Positions 12,201 through 23,800 of a DNA stretch of 64,000 nt are shown here, piece by piece. Origin of the DNA: Hypanus sabinus (lineage: Eukaryota); assembly GCF_030144855.1 (NCBI RefSeq), contig NC_082706.1, positions 57,164,001-57,228,000 on the forward strand, in the 5' to 3' direction. The position numbers and the translations under genes were made by a program. Within the stretch, counting starts at the first letter, position 1; every line of letters begins with the position of its first letter. The notes beneath the pieces were generated by a model. That model searched no databases. It worked only from the letters and a program-made list of their open reading frames with translations, and was not told the origin of the DNA.

Positions 12201-13330
12201 CTACTCCCGCACCTACTGTCTATTGTCTATTGGTACATTAATCACTGATTCCCACCCCTCTCTCAACTAAGATTTTGAAATGGCCATAGAATCATAGTTC
12301 CATGTACTGATCCATGCTCTAAATTCAACACCTTTCTCCATAATACTAGCATTAAAATACACTTCAAACTATCTGATCCATCAAACCTGTTATTTTGATT
12401 TTACCTTTCAATACTTTCCCTGACGTCTAACTTCCTGTCCAATCCTTTACTCAGAGACCTGGTGCCCTGGTTCCCAGCCCCATGCAAAACTCGTTTAAAC
12501 CCTCCCAAGAAGCATTAGCAAACCTCCCAGCCGGGATATTGGTTTCCCTCCAGTTCAGGTGTAACCTGCCCCTCTTGTACAGGTCACCCCTTCCCAAGAA
12601 AACGTTCCAATGATCCAAGAGCTTGAAACTCTGCCTCCTGCATCATCTCCTCAGCCACTCATTCATCTGTGCTATCATGGGCAGGAGCCCATGGCATCAG
12701 GAGTAGTCCGGAGAATACAACCTTGGAGGTTCTCCTCTTCAGCCTCTTTCCTAACTCTATATACTCACTGTGTAGGACCCCTTCCTCTTTTATGCCTATG
12801 ACACTGGTGCCAATATGCACCACGACCTCTGGCTGTTCACCCTCTTCCTTGAGTGTATCCTGCAGTCCCTCCAATACCTCCTGGACCCTAGCACCCAAGA
12901 GGCAACACACTAGCCACCTGCTGTGTCCTCTATCACTACTGCAGTGCCTGGCTTTACCCTTCCCTGCTGAGCCTCAAAACTGGCCACAGTGATACTAGCC
13001 TGACTGCCGCAGCTGTGTCCCGATGGGTCATTTCCACCACCACCCCCCACCGCCTTGTTGCTGAGGGGAACGGCCACAGGGGAACCCTGCACTGACCTCT
13101 TAATCCCCTTACCTCTCCTGGTGGTCAGCTACCTACTGTACTTTGGGTGTGACAGCTCTTCGAAAGATTCATCTATAATGTACTCAGCCTCCTGAATGAT
13201 CCTGAGTACATCCAGCTCCTTGATCCGGTCAGTCAGGAGCTGAAGCTGGGTGTAGTCATCAGAGAATCTGTCAGGTATCTTGAATTTCCACATTGACAGG
13301 AGGAGCGTTCCTTCCGGACTGCTCTGCACT
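9250..13330 (-). mobile_element. Degraded near full-length CR1 LINE (ORF1 esterase to RT), interrupted by a younger CR1
   Basis: ORF1 esterase-like LLGARVQEV...EQPEVVVHIGT (12659-12910); RT motifs DVVYTEFSKAFDQVPH and QGSGLGPLLF (10028-10324); WAEKWQMKFNPDKC. Confidence 0.8.
11517..12232 (+). mobile_element. Young CR1 LINE 3' fragment
   Basis: RPHLEYCVQFWSP...RGDLIETYKI...RTRGHSL...NFFTQRVV; 3'UTR ends in ctattgt repeats. Very similar to 28390-29675. Confidence 0.92.
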
Positions 13331-15945
13331 AAAAGAAGGCTGACTTCTTACCTGTGCCTCCGCCTGTTCGTGCAGAAGCTTAAGCCTTTTCACTCTATCG
13401 CTGGCACACTCGGACAATGGATGCTCCTATCTTGTCAAACGTCTTCCTGAACGCCGTGTAGACAACTTCTACAATTCTCCCCTCGCCGTCTGTTTTCATC
13501 ACCTTCCCATAACACTTGGTCATTTTCCTGCACAAAGTCATGCTGGCTCACCCAAGAAGTCCACACTTTTCCAAATGTAACACAACATAAAGGCCCTTCC
13601 ACCCATCGTGTCCATTCTTTCAGTTACTCCAAGATCAACTTAACCCTTTCCTCCCACAGAGCCCTTGATCTTGCTATCTTCTCTGTGCCCATCTCATAAA
13701 CGTCCCTAACGTACCTGGTTCTACCACCTCCACCCACTGCTCTGTGTAAAAAAACTTACCTCTGACATTCCCCTGATATTTTCCAGCAAACACCTTAAAA
13801 TTGTGCCCCCTCATTTTGGCTGAGGAACTTCCCCAGCTCGGGTGTAAAGACACACTCTATAACTTGCTGGATCACCCCCAATGCCTTACTGAAACACCGT
13901 ATGTTGGTTTCCACTCCTCCAGGACCTCACTCCTGACTAAAGCGGACACAAAGATCTCTGTTAGATCCCCAAACAATTTCCATAAGACCCAAAGTATAGG
14001 AGCAGAATAAGGCCATTCAGCCCATCTGCTCTGCAATTCATCATGGCTTATTTATTTTTCCTCTCAACCCCATTTTCCTGCCTTCTCCCTATAACCTTTG
14101 GTGCCCTTAACTAATAAACAACCTATCAACTTCCACTTTAGGTACACCCAATGACGTTTTCCACAGCCCTCTGAGGCAATTAGTTCTCCTCTCTTTGCTT
14201 TCTCAATAACCTGGGATAGACCCCATTAGACTCCAGTGATATCCACCTCCGTGAGACCCAAACTCCCACCTCTTCCTTGATATTCACATACACTACATTA
14301 TCAGCAAACTGCTCCTTGATCGCATGTCCCTCTCCCTGACAAACACCGATGCAAAGATCTCACTTAGTACCTCAATCTCAAACAACAGAATATCTGTAGA
14401 TGCTGGAAATCCAAGCCACACACACTAAATGTTGCGACAGTTCCTCAAGCATTCTGTGTGTGTGTCAACTAGTACCTCACCCACTCTCTCTGGCTCCAAA
14501 CACAAAATTCCTTCTTGGTGTTTGAGTGATTCTGCGCACTCTCCATCAGCATCCTCCTTGGAGAGTATCCTGTCTGGCTGCATCACAGCCTGATATGGAG
14601 GCTCCAATTCATATTATCACAAGAGGGTTGTAGACCCAGCCAGCTCCATCACAGGTACAACCCTCCCCACCATAACAGATATCTTCAAAAGGTGGGGCCT
14701 CAAGAACCCTCACCATCTGGGGCAAGCCCCCTACTTATTACTAGCATCAGGGAGGGGATACAAGAGCCACACTCATCAATTAACCGTTTCTGACCCCTCA
14801 TGAATACTACCTCACCACTCCTCTTTTGCACTAGTTATCTACTTATGGTAACTGATCGTAACTTGTTATGCCTGCATTATACTGCTGTCACAATACAACA
14901 TATTTTGCAAATGTTGTTAATGATAACAAACCCGATTTGGATTCTCTTTAATGTGTGCAATTCTCTGTAGTCCGGCTCCTTTAAACCCTCCTGATTCCCT
15001 GATTAAGTTCTCTCCTGCCTCCTTTATATTCCACAATGGTTCAGTCTGATTCCAGCTTCCTTGGCCTTGGAACGTTCCCAGCACCAGAGTCAGACAAGGA
15101 ATTAAATTGCCTCTAGCCACTTTGATAGGATTATGGCTTTATTGTTCATGGAGACTTGGTGGAAAGTCCACATTAGAAGCTTGAAAGAATTCCAGAGGTT
15201 TCCGTTATCCTGCTGAGTCCTGGCTGGGCTTTGATCCACAAGAACCATAACAGGAGCACCCGAGCTCCTGAACCCTTCCTCAGGGGGCCCATGGACCCAT
15301 ATTAACCACATGGGGGGGAATAGATTGGGGATTTAATTGATTGATATGAGGGGGCATAATTTTAAGGCAATTGAAGGTAAGTATAGGGGAGGCCACAGGA
15401 AGTTTTTGAACAGAGAGTGTGCATGGAACAGGGATGGTGGTAGAGGCAGATACATTTGGAACATTTAAGGCACGTGGGTAATAGAGAATTGGAGGAAGGA
15501 TCAGATTGATTTTGTATTGGGTGGGCACAACATTGTGGACGGAAGGTGTTGTAATATTCTGTTTTCTGGATTCCTGCAGAGACGCATGTTTATCTTCTCC
15601 AGTGAGAAGGGAGCTCCGGAGACCCAGAAAGAACTCCCCCCCCCCCCCCCGTCTCTCTCCTAGTTTTCCCATCCAGAGATCCCAGAATTCCGTGATCACA
15701 AACAAGACCTTTCCCTGGATTCGCTCCAAGATGGGCTCCTGGGGATCTGGTTGTTGGAAGGTTCTGGACACAGGTGCTTAGGTGGGGCTGGGGTAGCTCC
15801 CACCAAGATTTGGAAGGTCAGCAGGTTCCAGAGAAGCTGCTTTCATGGGGGGGGGGGGTCTCTTCACCCTCACAGATAGGAATTCTCCAGTGCCTCCAAA
15901 TGGCCTGGGTTTCTTGTTACTCTTGGAACAGTCCGGGAAGAGGGG

Positions 15946-15991
15946 AGGCTAGGTGCGCCATGAAGACCTCTATGGAGGACTGCCGGTGGTG
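15946..15991 (-). pseudogene. 46-bp relic of the chemokine receptor CDS (ICL1/TM2)
   Basis: 42/46 identical to 17574-17619; reads HRQSSIEVFMAHL versus HRQYSMDVFMAHL. Confidence 0.7.
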
Positions 15992-16446
15992 GCAAGGAGC
16001 TTGAAGGGGAGTGGAAAACAATCTGGTGCAGCTCAAGGGGCATCTTCGAGGGCAGGATGGTCGACCTTTCGGGTCAGAATCCCGCTTTTAAACCCTACAC
16101 CCCTCCACATCTCTGTGACCCACACCAGCCAACACGCCCCTCTCTGTCTCTGTGNNNNNNNNNNNNNNNNNNNNNNNNNNNNNNNNNNNNNNNNNNNNNN
16201 NNNNNNNNNNNNNNNNNNNNNNNNNNNNNNNNNNNNNNNNNNNNNNNNNNNNNNNNNNNNNNNNNNNNNNNNNNNNNNNNNNNNNNNNNNNNNNNNNNNN
16301 NNNNNNNNNNNNNNNNNNNNNNNNNNNNNNNNNNNNNNNNNNNNNNNNNNNNNNNNNNNNNNNNNNNNNNNNNNNNNNNNNNNNNNNNNNNNNNNNNNNN
16401 NNNNNNNNNNNNNNNNNNNNNNNNNNNNNNNNNNNNNNNNNNNNNN

Positions 16447-16680
16447 AGAGTGTGAGAGAGGGGAGAGTGAGAGAGAGAGTGTGAGAGAAACTGCATGTGT
16501 GAGAGTAGGTGTTTGTGTGAGTGTGTGTGGAAGCTGTGTGGGAGTCTGAGTGTGTAGGGGGTGTGCAGAAGTGTGTGAGTGTGTAGGGGGTGTGCGGAAG
16601 TGTGTGAGTGTGTGTGGAAGCTGTGTGGGAGTGTAAGTGTGTAGGGGGGGTGCGGAAGTGTGTGAGTGTGTGTGGGTGTG
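16447..16680. repeat. GA/GT microsatellite next to an N gap
   Basis: Visible (GA)n and (GT)n tracts just 3' of the receptor stop. Confidence 0.85.
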
Positions 16681-16719
16681 GGGTGGAAGGATGGGTTTGG
16701 GTTGCGGCCCCTCCAAATT

Positions 16720-17862
16720 TCAGATCCAGGATTTGGAAGTGTTGCCAAGCTCGCTGCCGCTGGACACAGTGGAATTACGGCTGCGGTCATTCCAGTCCCT
16801 CCGCCAGGTCCCGGCCCGGTTCCACAGACCCCATCGGCTCAGCATGTCGCGCAGCTGCCCGCGGAAGCGGATGCCCACGAAGGCGTAGAGGAAGGGGTTC
16901 AGACAGCAGTGCAGGTTGGCCAGGCAGCCGGTCAATGTGTCGGCCAAGTCCATCCGCCGCTCGAAGGCGCAGTCCCGGCCCAGAGCGCCCAGCCGGTGCA
17001 CAGTCTCCAACAAGAGCGTCACGTTGTACGGAGTCCAACAGAGCAGGAAGGCCAGGACCACTGCTGCGATCACCCTCAGCGCCCGCCATTCCCGGCGCCG
17101 CCGGGCTCCGTTCGCCCGGAGGATGGTGCGCCCGATGCTGAAGTAGCAGTAAGCCATGATCGTCAGCGGCAGCAGGAAGCCGGTGACATGGAAGAAGCAG
17201 CGGAGGCCTACCACCCAAGCCCGGTTTCCTTGCTTCCCGTAATGATGCACACACTGTGGGGAGCTCCCGTTGGACGGCAGGAGCCGCAGGTAGACGAAAT
17301 CAGGCACGGTCAGCAGGAGGCAGGTCAGCCAGACGGCGAGGCTGGCCAGCAGTGCGCCAGTGGAGTGCCCCAGATGCCGGGGCCGCGCCGGGGTGGTGCG
17401 CACGACGGCCAGGTGCCGCTCGAAGCTGATGCACACCAGCGCGTAGAGACTGCTGTAGAAGCTGAGGTTGTACAGCGCGCCGACCAGCTTGCAGGCCGCC
17501 AAGCCGAAGATCCATCCCCGAGCCTGATCCACCGCCCAGAAGAGGAGGCTGGTAGCCAGAATCAGGTCGGCGAAGGCTAGGTGCGCCATGAAGACATCCA
17601 TGGAGTACTGTCGGTGGTGCCGGCGGCCGCGTTCCAGCAACACGACGGCCAGCACCAGCACGTTGCTGACGAACCCCACCAGGAAGACGAGCAGGTACAA
17701 GACGAGCAGCAGCACTTGCTGGGCACGCTGGTCAGTCCCGCCACCTCCCCCGCCCCCGCACGGCTCAAAGTCACAGGGCGCCGCGATCTGGCAGGAGTCC
17801 GTGCTGACATTCGGCCACTCGATCCCTCCGTACAGCGTCAGGTTGTCCAATATGTCCAGATC
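16720..17862 (-). CDS. CXCR3-like: CXCR3-like chemokine receptor, main coding exon (380 aa; about 403 aa with exon 1)
   Basis: Seven hydrophobic segments; HLAFADL, GWIFG..CK, CISFERHLAVV, CWTPYN, LHCCLNPFLYAFVG..FR. Acceptor ctctccccctcag|GAT, phase 0 at 17862. Family placement by motif resemblance only. Confidence 0.9.
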   Translation of the reverse strand, partial: DLDILDNLTLYGGIEWPNVSTDSCQIAAPCDFEPCGGGGGGGTDQRAQQVLLLVLYLLVFLVGFVSNVLVLAVVLLERGRRHHRQYSMDVFMAHLAFADLILATSLLFWAVDQARGWIFGLAACKLVGALYNLSFYSSLYALVCISFERHLAVVRTTPARPRHLGHSTGALLASLAVWLTCLLLTVPDFVYLRLLPSNGSSPQCVHHYGKQGNRAWVVGLRCFFHVTGFLLPLTIMAYCYFSIGRTILRANGARRRREWRALRVIAAVVLAFLLCWTPYNVTLLLETVHRLGALGRDCAFERRMDLADTLTGCLANLHCCLNPFLYAFVGIRFRGQLRDMLSRWGLWNRAGTWRRDWNDRSRNSTVSSGSELGNTSKSWI

Positions 17863-20800
17863 CTGAGGGGGAGAGGGTTCAAAGAGTGAAGGTCTAATAC
17901 AATGCCATGTGCACAGATACCTGTGCGTAATGAAAAACTTACTTGCTGCAGCATCGCAGGCACACAGTATCAGGGATGAAACTTTGACAAGAACAACTAT
18001 ATACAACAAAACAAACCCCCCATCTTCATATTTTGGCTTCTGCACCTTCTTTCTTTTCAGTTCTAATGAAGGGTCTCAGCCTGTTAATTCCGCTCCATAA
18101 ATGTTGCCTGACTTGCTGAGTTCCTCTGGCGTTTTGTGTGTGCATTGCTCATTATTGGGTTTGTGCTGCTAAACCTGGTATTCCCGGGCAACACGCACGA
18201 AATGCTGGAGGAACGCAGCCGGCCAGGTCCACGTTCGGCCGAGTCAGGTCAGCAGGACCGGCAGCACGCTCTGCCCTAGCGCCTTACTGCCTGCCCGCCT
18301 GCCTGCCTGCCTGCCGTGCTTCCTCTGTAACCGCAACGCTCCACGCGTGCTTTCCTCCTGTTCTGCCCGGGCACAGTTTTCTAATGAGATGGTCTGAAAG
18401 GGCGGTGTGCCAGACAAGATTTTCACTGTGCTGTAGAGCATCACGGGAACAGGCGCGAAGTTGTGTCAAACCAATTAAATACTAGTTTATTAAGCTCCAG
18501 CATGAAGTAAGCCTTTCCGGCCCTTCAAGCTGTGCCGCCCAGCAATCCCCTGAGTTAATCCGAGCCTGGTTATGGGACAATTTATAATGACCAATTAACT
18601 TACTAACTGGACGGTGGGAGGAAACCGGAGCACCCAGAGAAACCCTCATTGTCACGGGGAGAACATACAAACTCCTTACAGACGGTGGTGGGAATTGAAC
18701 CTGGCTCACCTGCACCGTGAATTTCCAACTGCACTAATCCCTTCTGCCTACACAATGTCCATATCCTTCCACTTTCCTCACATTCATGTGCCTATCTAAA
18801 AGTCTCTATTGTTTCTGCCACCACCACCCCAGGCAGGGTATTTCAGACACCCACCTCCCTCTTTGTAAAACACTGGTCCCTCACATTTCCTTTGAAATGA
18901 CCCCCTCTCACTTTAAATACATGCCCCCTGGTATTAGACATTTCATGGGGAAAAGGTACTTTCTGCCTACTCTATCTATGCCTCTCATAATCTTGTAAAC
19001 CTCAGTCAGATCTCCCCTCAGCTGCCACCAATCCAGAGAAAACTGCTTAATCTTTCGTTATAGCCATTTAATCTGTGCAGTATCCTGATAAACCTCTTCT
19101 GCGAATCGTTCCTATAACGGGACGGCCAGAACCACATACAGTTTCGGTACCAGTGATGATAATAAGCCATTGAACCAATTTATCACACTGAGGCAGTGAT
19201 AAACGGACTGCTGATGATTTAAGAACAAAATGGTTGAAGGGAAGGAGCTGTTCCTGAACCTGGTGATGTGGGACTAAAGGTTTCCATACCTCCTGCCTGG
19301 CGGGAGCTGTGAGATGTTGGCATGGCCCAGATGGTGGGGATCTTTGATGCTGAATGCTGCCTTTTTGAGGCAGCGCCTCCTGTAGATACTACTGATGGTG
19401 GGAGATAAGGGAGGTGTTTCTCTGAAATTACTAAAGCAGATCATTGCATCATCTTCACCACAACTGCTGTCCGATATCAATTGGTCTATTACTGTCACAG
19501 GTACCAAGAGTGAAAAACTTTGTTTTCCTTGCCATCCATACAGATCATTTCATCACGTCAGTGTATTGAGGTAGTACAAAGGAAAGCAATAACAGAATGC
19601 AGAATAAAGTGTAACTGCTACAGAGAAATGCAGTCCAGATGCCCGATCTGAGGCAGTCCCGTTTATCCATGTTTGGCCTATACCCCTATAAATCTTTCTA
19701 ATCCATGTACCTGTACAAGTGTCTTTTCAGTGTTGGCAGCTTATTTCACATACCAAATTCGGAATGGGGTAAATGGGTGAAAATGCTGCCCCTCGGGTTG
19801 CTTTTAAGTGTTTCCCTTCTCATCTTAAACCCAAACCTTCTAGTTCTTGATTCCCCATCTCTGGGAAAAACTGCACGTTCACCCTCGTGATTTTATACAC
19901 CCTTAACAGGTCACATCTCAGTTTCTTAAATCATGGGAAAGAAATCCCAACCTGCCCAACCTCCTTCCTTAACTTAAAGTACTGGCAACATCCTCATAAA
20001 TCTTATCTTCACTCTTTCCAGCTTATTGGCAGCTTTCCTATTGAAGGTCGATCACACAATACTCCAAGTGCAGCCTCACCAATGCCTTGGACAACTAACG
20101 TGACCTCACAGAAATAACATCAAAGTACTCCAAACCACAATGACCATTTCAGAATGGTAAAGTCATTATTGATTCATTACAATGTCAAAATCAAGTTTAT
20201 TGTCATACACACAGATACAGGTGCAATCAAAACATGCCCGCAGCAGCATCCCATGCACAATGCATCACTCACAAGAAAAACATAATCATTCATAATTTTT
20301 ACAGGAAAACACAGTTATAACAGAAAAGTCAATTTTAGTGCAAAGTGATCATGGTGCTGTTAAACTGTACATAAGTTATGACCAACTTTTACAAGAAATA
20401 ACAAAATTAGAATTAAAAAAATGCATGTTGTAGCACAAAGTGGTCATGGTGTTGCTGTACCGAGGCAGTGATTAGGGTCGTGCTGGCTGGTTCAAGAACT
20501 GAACGGTTGAAGGGAAGGAGCTGTTCCTGACTGGGTGATGTGGGACTTCGGGCTTCTGGACCTCCGCCTGATGGGAGCTGGGAGAAGGTGGTCTGTGCCA
20601 GATGGTGAGGGGTCTTTGATAATGGATGTTGTGAATACCACTGATGGAGGTACTCTTGCACATTCAAACTTCTGAACTAGTGACATCAGTAGTTCAGGAA
20701 ATGTGAGGAGGCTTTGGAGAGGTTTCAGAAAAGGTTCAATCCAGGATGCTGCCTGGATTAGAGGAGATGCACTCTTGGACAAACTTGGGTTGTTTTCCCT

Positions 20801-23800
20801 GGAACGGCAGAGGTGGAGTGGAGCTCTGAGAGAAGTTTATAAAATTATGAGAGGCATAAACAGGGTAGATATCTGGCATGTTTATCCCAGGGTGAACATG
20901 TCTAAAACTTGAGGGCAAATAGTTAAGGTGAGGGGGTCTAAGTTCAAAGGAGATGTGCAGGGCATTTTTTTGCCACAGAGAGTAAGTGGATGCCTGGAAT
21001 GTGCTGCCAGGGTAGTGGTAGATGCGGATATGATAGAGGAGTTTAAGAGGCTTTTACATAGGCACTTGAATGTGCAAGGATAAGGACATTGTGAAGGTAG
21101 AGGGTCTGAGATGTCATTGGTTTGCTACAACCTCATGGGCAGAAGGTCCTGTTCCTGTGCTATACTGTTCTATGTTCTACCTTCCATATTCAAACTTCAA
21201 ATTACAATATCACCATCCTGATCCAGGATGTATTTAATCCATTGCAGAAGTACCAGTACGGGAGGCTCCAAAGCACAGGATTCCAAGAGGTTGCAGAGTG
21301 TTGTAGGTCAGCCAGCTCTATCACCGGCACAACCCTCCCCACCATTGAGGGCATCTTCATTTGAGGCAGCATCCATCACTAAGGCAGCTCACAATACTGG
21401 ACACATAGTCATGGAACCCTGTATCACAGAAACAGACCCTTTGGCCCATCTAGTCCATACTGATTTGGTTTCTGCCTAGTCCCACCTCTCCGCACCTGAA
21501 CCATATCTTTGTATGTTCTCATGCGTAATTTAAATTGAACCAGGACCCACCACTTGCACCACCTTCTGTGTGAGGAAGCTCCCTCTTGGTTGCTTTCAAG
21601 CATTTCACCTTCCACCCGAACCGTATGACCTTCCATCCAACCTGAGCAAAACCCGCCTGCCCTCTCCTCATTTCTGTCATCCTCTACCTTACAGGAGCCT
21701 GAAGAAGCACTCCGTGATTTAAGAACTGCTTGTATCCATCCTGCATCAGATTCCTGTATGGTCCATGAGTCATAAGACCTTAAGCCATTGCAGCAGAATT
21801 AGGCTCTTCCATCTATCGAGTCCACTCCACCAGTCAATCATGACTGTTTCATTATCCCTCTCATCCCCACTCTCCTCCCTTCTCTCTGTCACATGAATAA
21901 TACCCCGACTAATGAATCACCACTTTAAATATACACAATGACTTGGTCTCCACAGCTGTCTGGCTGTGAATTCCGTATATTTGTTACCCTCTGGATAATG
22001 AAATACTTCCTCATCTCTGTTCTAAAGGGATGTTCCTCTATTCTGAAGCTGTGCCATCTGGTCCTTGACTCCCCCACTGTAGGAAACATCCTCTCCATAC
22101 CCACTTGATCCAGGCCTCTCAATATTCCGTTGGTTTATCTCCCCCACATTCTTATCAAAGTCATTGAGTACAGGCCTGGAACCATCAAACAGTCCTCTTA
22201 CATTAACCCTTTCATTCCCAGCATCATTCTCATAAAACTCCTCTGGAACCTCTCCAATGGCAGCACATCCTTTCTTAGATAAAACTGTTGACAATGCCAT
22301 CTGACCAATGCCTTATAGAGCCTTAGCATTACATCTCGCTGTTGCATTCTAGTCCTTTCAAAGTGAATGCTAACATTGCATTTGCCTTCCTCACCACCAA
22401 GGCAACTTGCAAGTTAACCTTCAGGAATCTTGTGCGAGGATTCCCAAGCACCTCTCATTTCTGAATTTTCTCCCCGTTTAGAAAATAGTCTACACCTTTA
22501 TTCCTTCTACCAAAATGCAAGGTTATACTCTTCCCGACACTGTATTCCATCTGCCACTTCTTTGCCAATTCTCCTACTCCTGTATTACAACAGATTATTT
22601 AAAAATAATAAAATTCTTGCACCCATGAACACATCGCTCAAGTGGACAACTAGAGTCTTTTTCCCGCAGAAATAGCAAATATGAGTGTGTATCATTTTAA
22701 GCTGATTCCGGAGGAAAGTGTAGGTGGGATGTCCGAGGTGGGTTTATTATTTTACACAAAGAGTGGTGGAGGTGGAACGCCCTGCCGGGAGAGGTGATAG
22801 AGGCTGATACAACAGGGACACTTAACAGACAAATGGATGACAGAAAAACGGGGGGCCACGTAAGAGGGAAGGGCTAGATTCATCTCAGAACAGGTTATAA
22901 GATCAACACATCATGGGCCCAAAGGTCTGTGCTGTGCTGTAATATTTTCTGTTGAGTGTATTTGCTGAATACTTGTGTATGGATGAACGACAATTAAACT
23001 AGAACTTCAGCTGCTCTATGCGGCAGCCCGTACGGAAGATCCCCAATGTGGAAGGGAAAGGCAGCCTTTTAGGACTTCCTCTGGGATCCACCTGCACCCA
23101 ACACCTCCCCCCTCCAACTTCCAGGTGGAAAGACGATCGACCGCCGGGGCAAGTCGCACCCATGAGAAGCGGCGAGTGTGAGACATCATGTACAGAATCC
23201 ACATCTGGTTCAGTATCACTGGCGTCTGCGGGTTTTCAGCAGCAGTACAATGCAACACATAACAGTTAAAAACTATAATAAGGAGTACATAATAATATAA
23301 GAAATTAAAACAAATTAGTATTGCAAAAAGAGCAGAAAAAGAAGACAATAGAAAAACACTGCAAATTAATGAATTAAAAGCAGGAATAGCGAGGCAGATT
23401 TAATGGGTTCACGGACCGTTTAGAAATTGATTTATTGTGTATAGTTCTGGTCACTGCTGCTCTGTGAAAAGGAAAGCTTCTCACTGTATCTCGGCAGAGT
23501 GCGAGGCCTGCTGGGGTTCAGAGTTCAGTTCTGACGTCATCTGTACGTCCTCAGTGTCTGATTTCCTCTCACGGCTTCAAGGTGGACCAGTTAGTGAAGA
23601 AATTGGGCTTTGTCGACCGTCCCGCGGCTCAAAGAGCTGGTTCCCTGAGTAAACCGATATCTGCTATTAAACTAGAAAGCGGAGGGGGAAGATTTATCGG
23701 GAAGTTGCTCGGACTTGGGGGCCCAAGTCAGAAGGAGAGCTTGTGCAGAGTAGGACATTGAGGAGCGACCTCACAGGGGGCACAGACAGGGTGAAAGCAC

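Noticed and set aside
17863-18045. 61-aa N-terminal extension of the 441-aa receptor ORF
   Set aside because: Lies upstream of a strong acceptor and does not resemble a receptor N-terminus; treated as intron.
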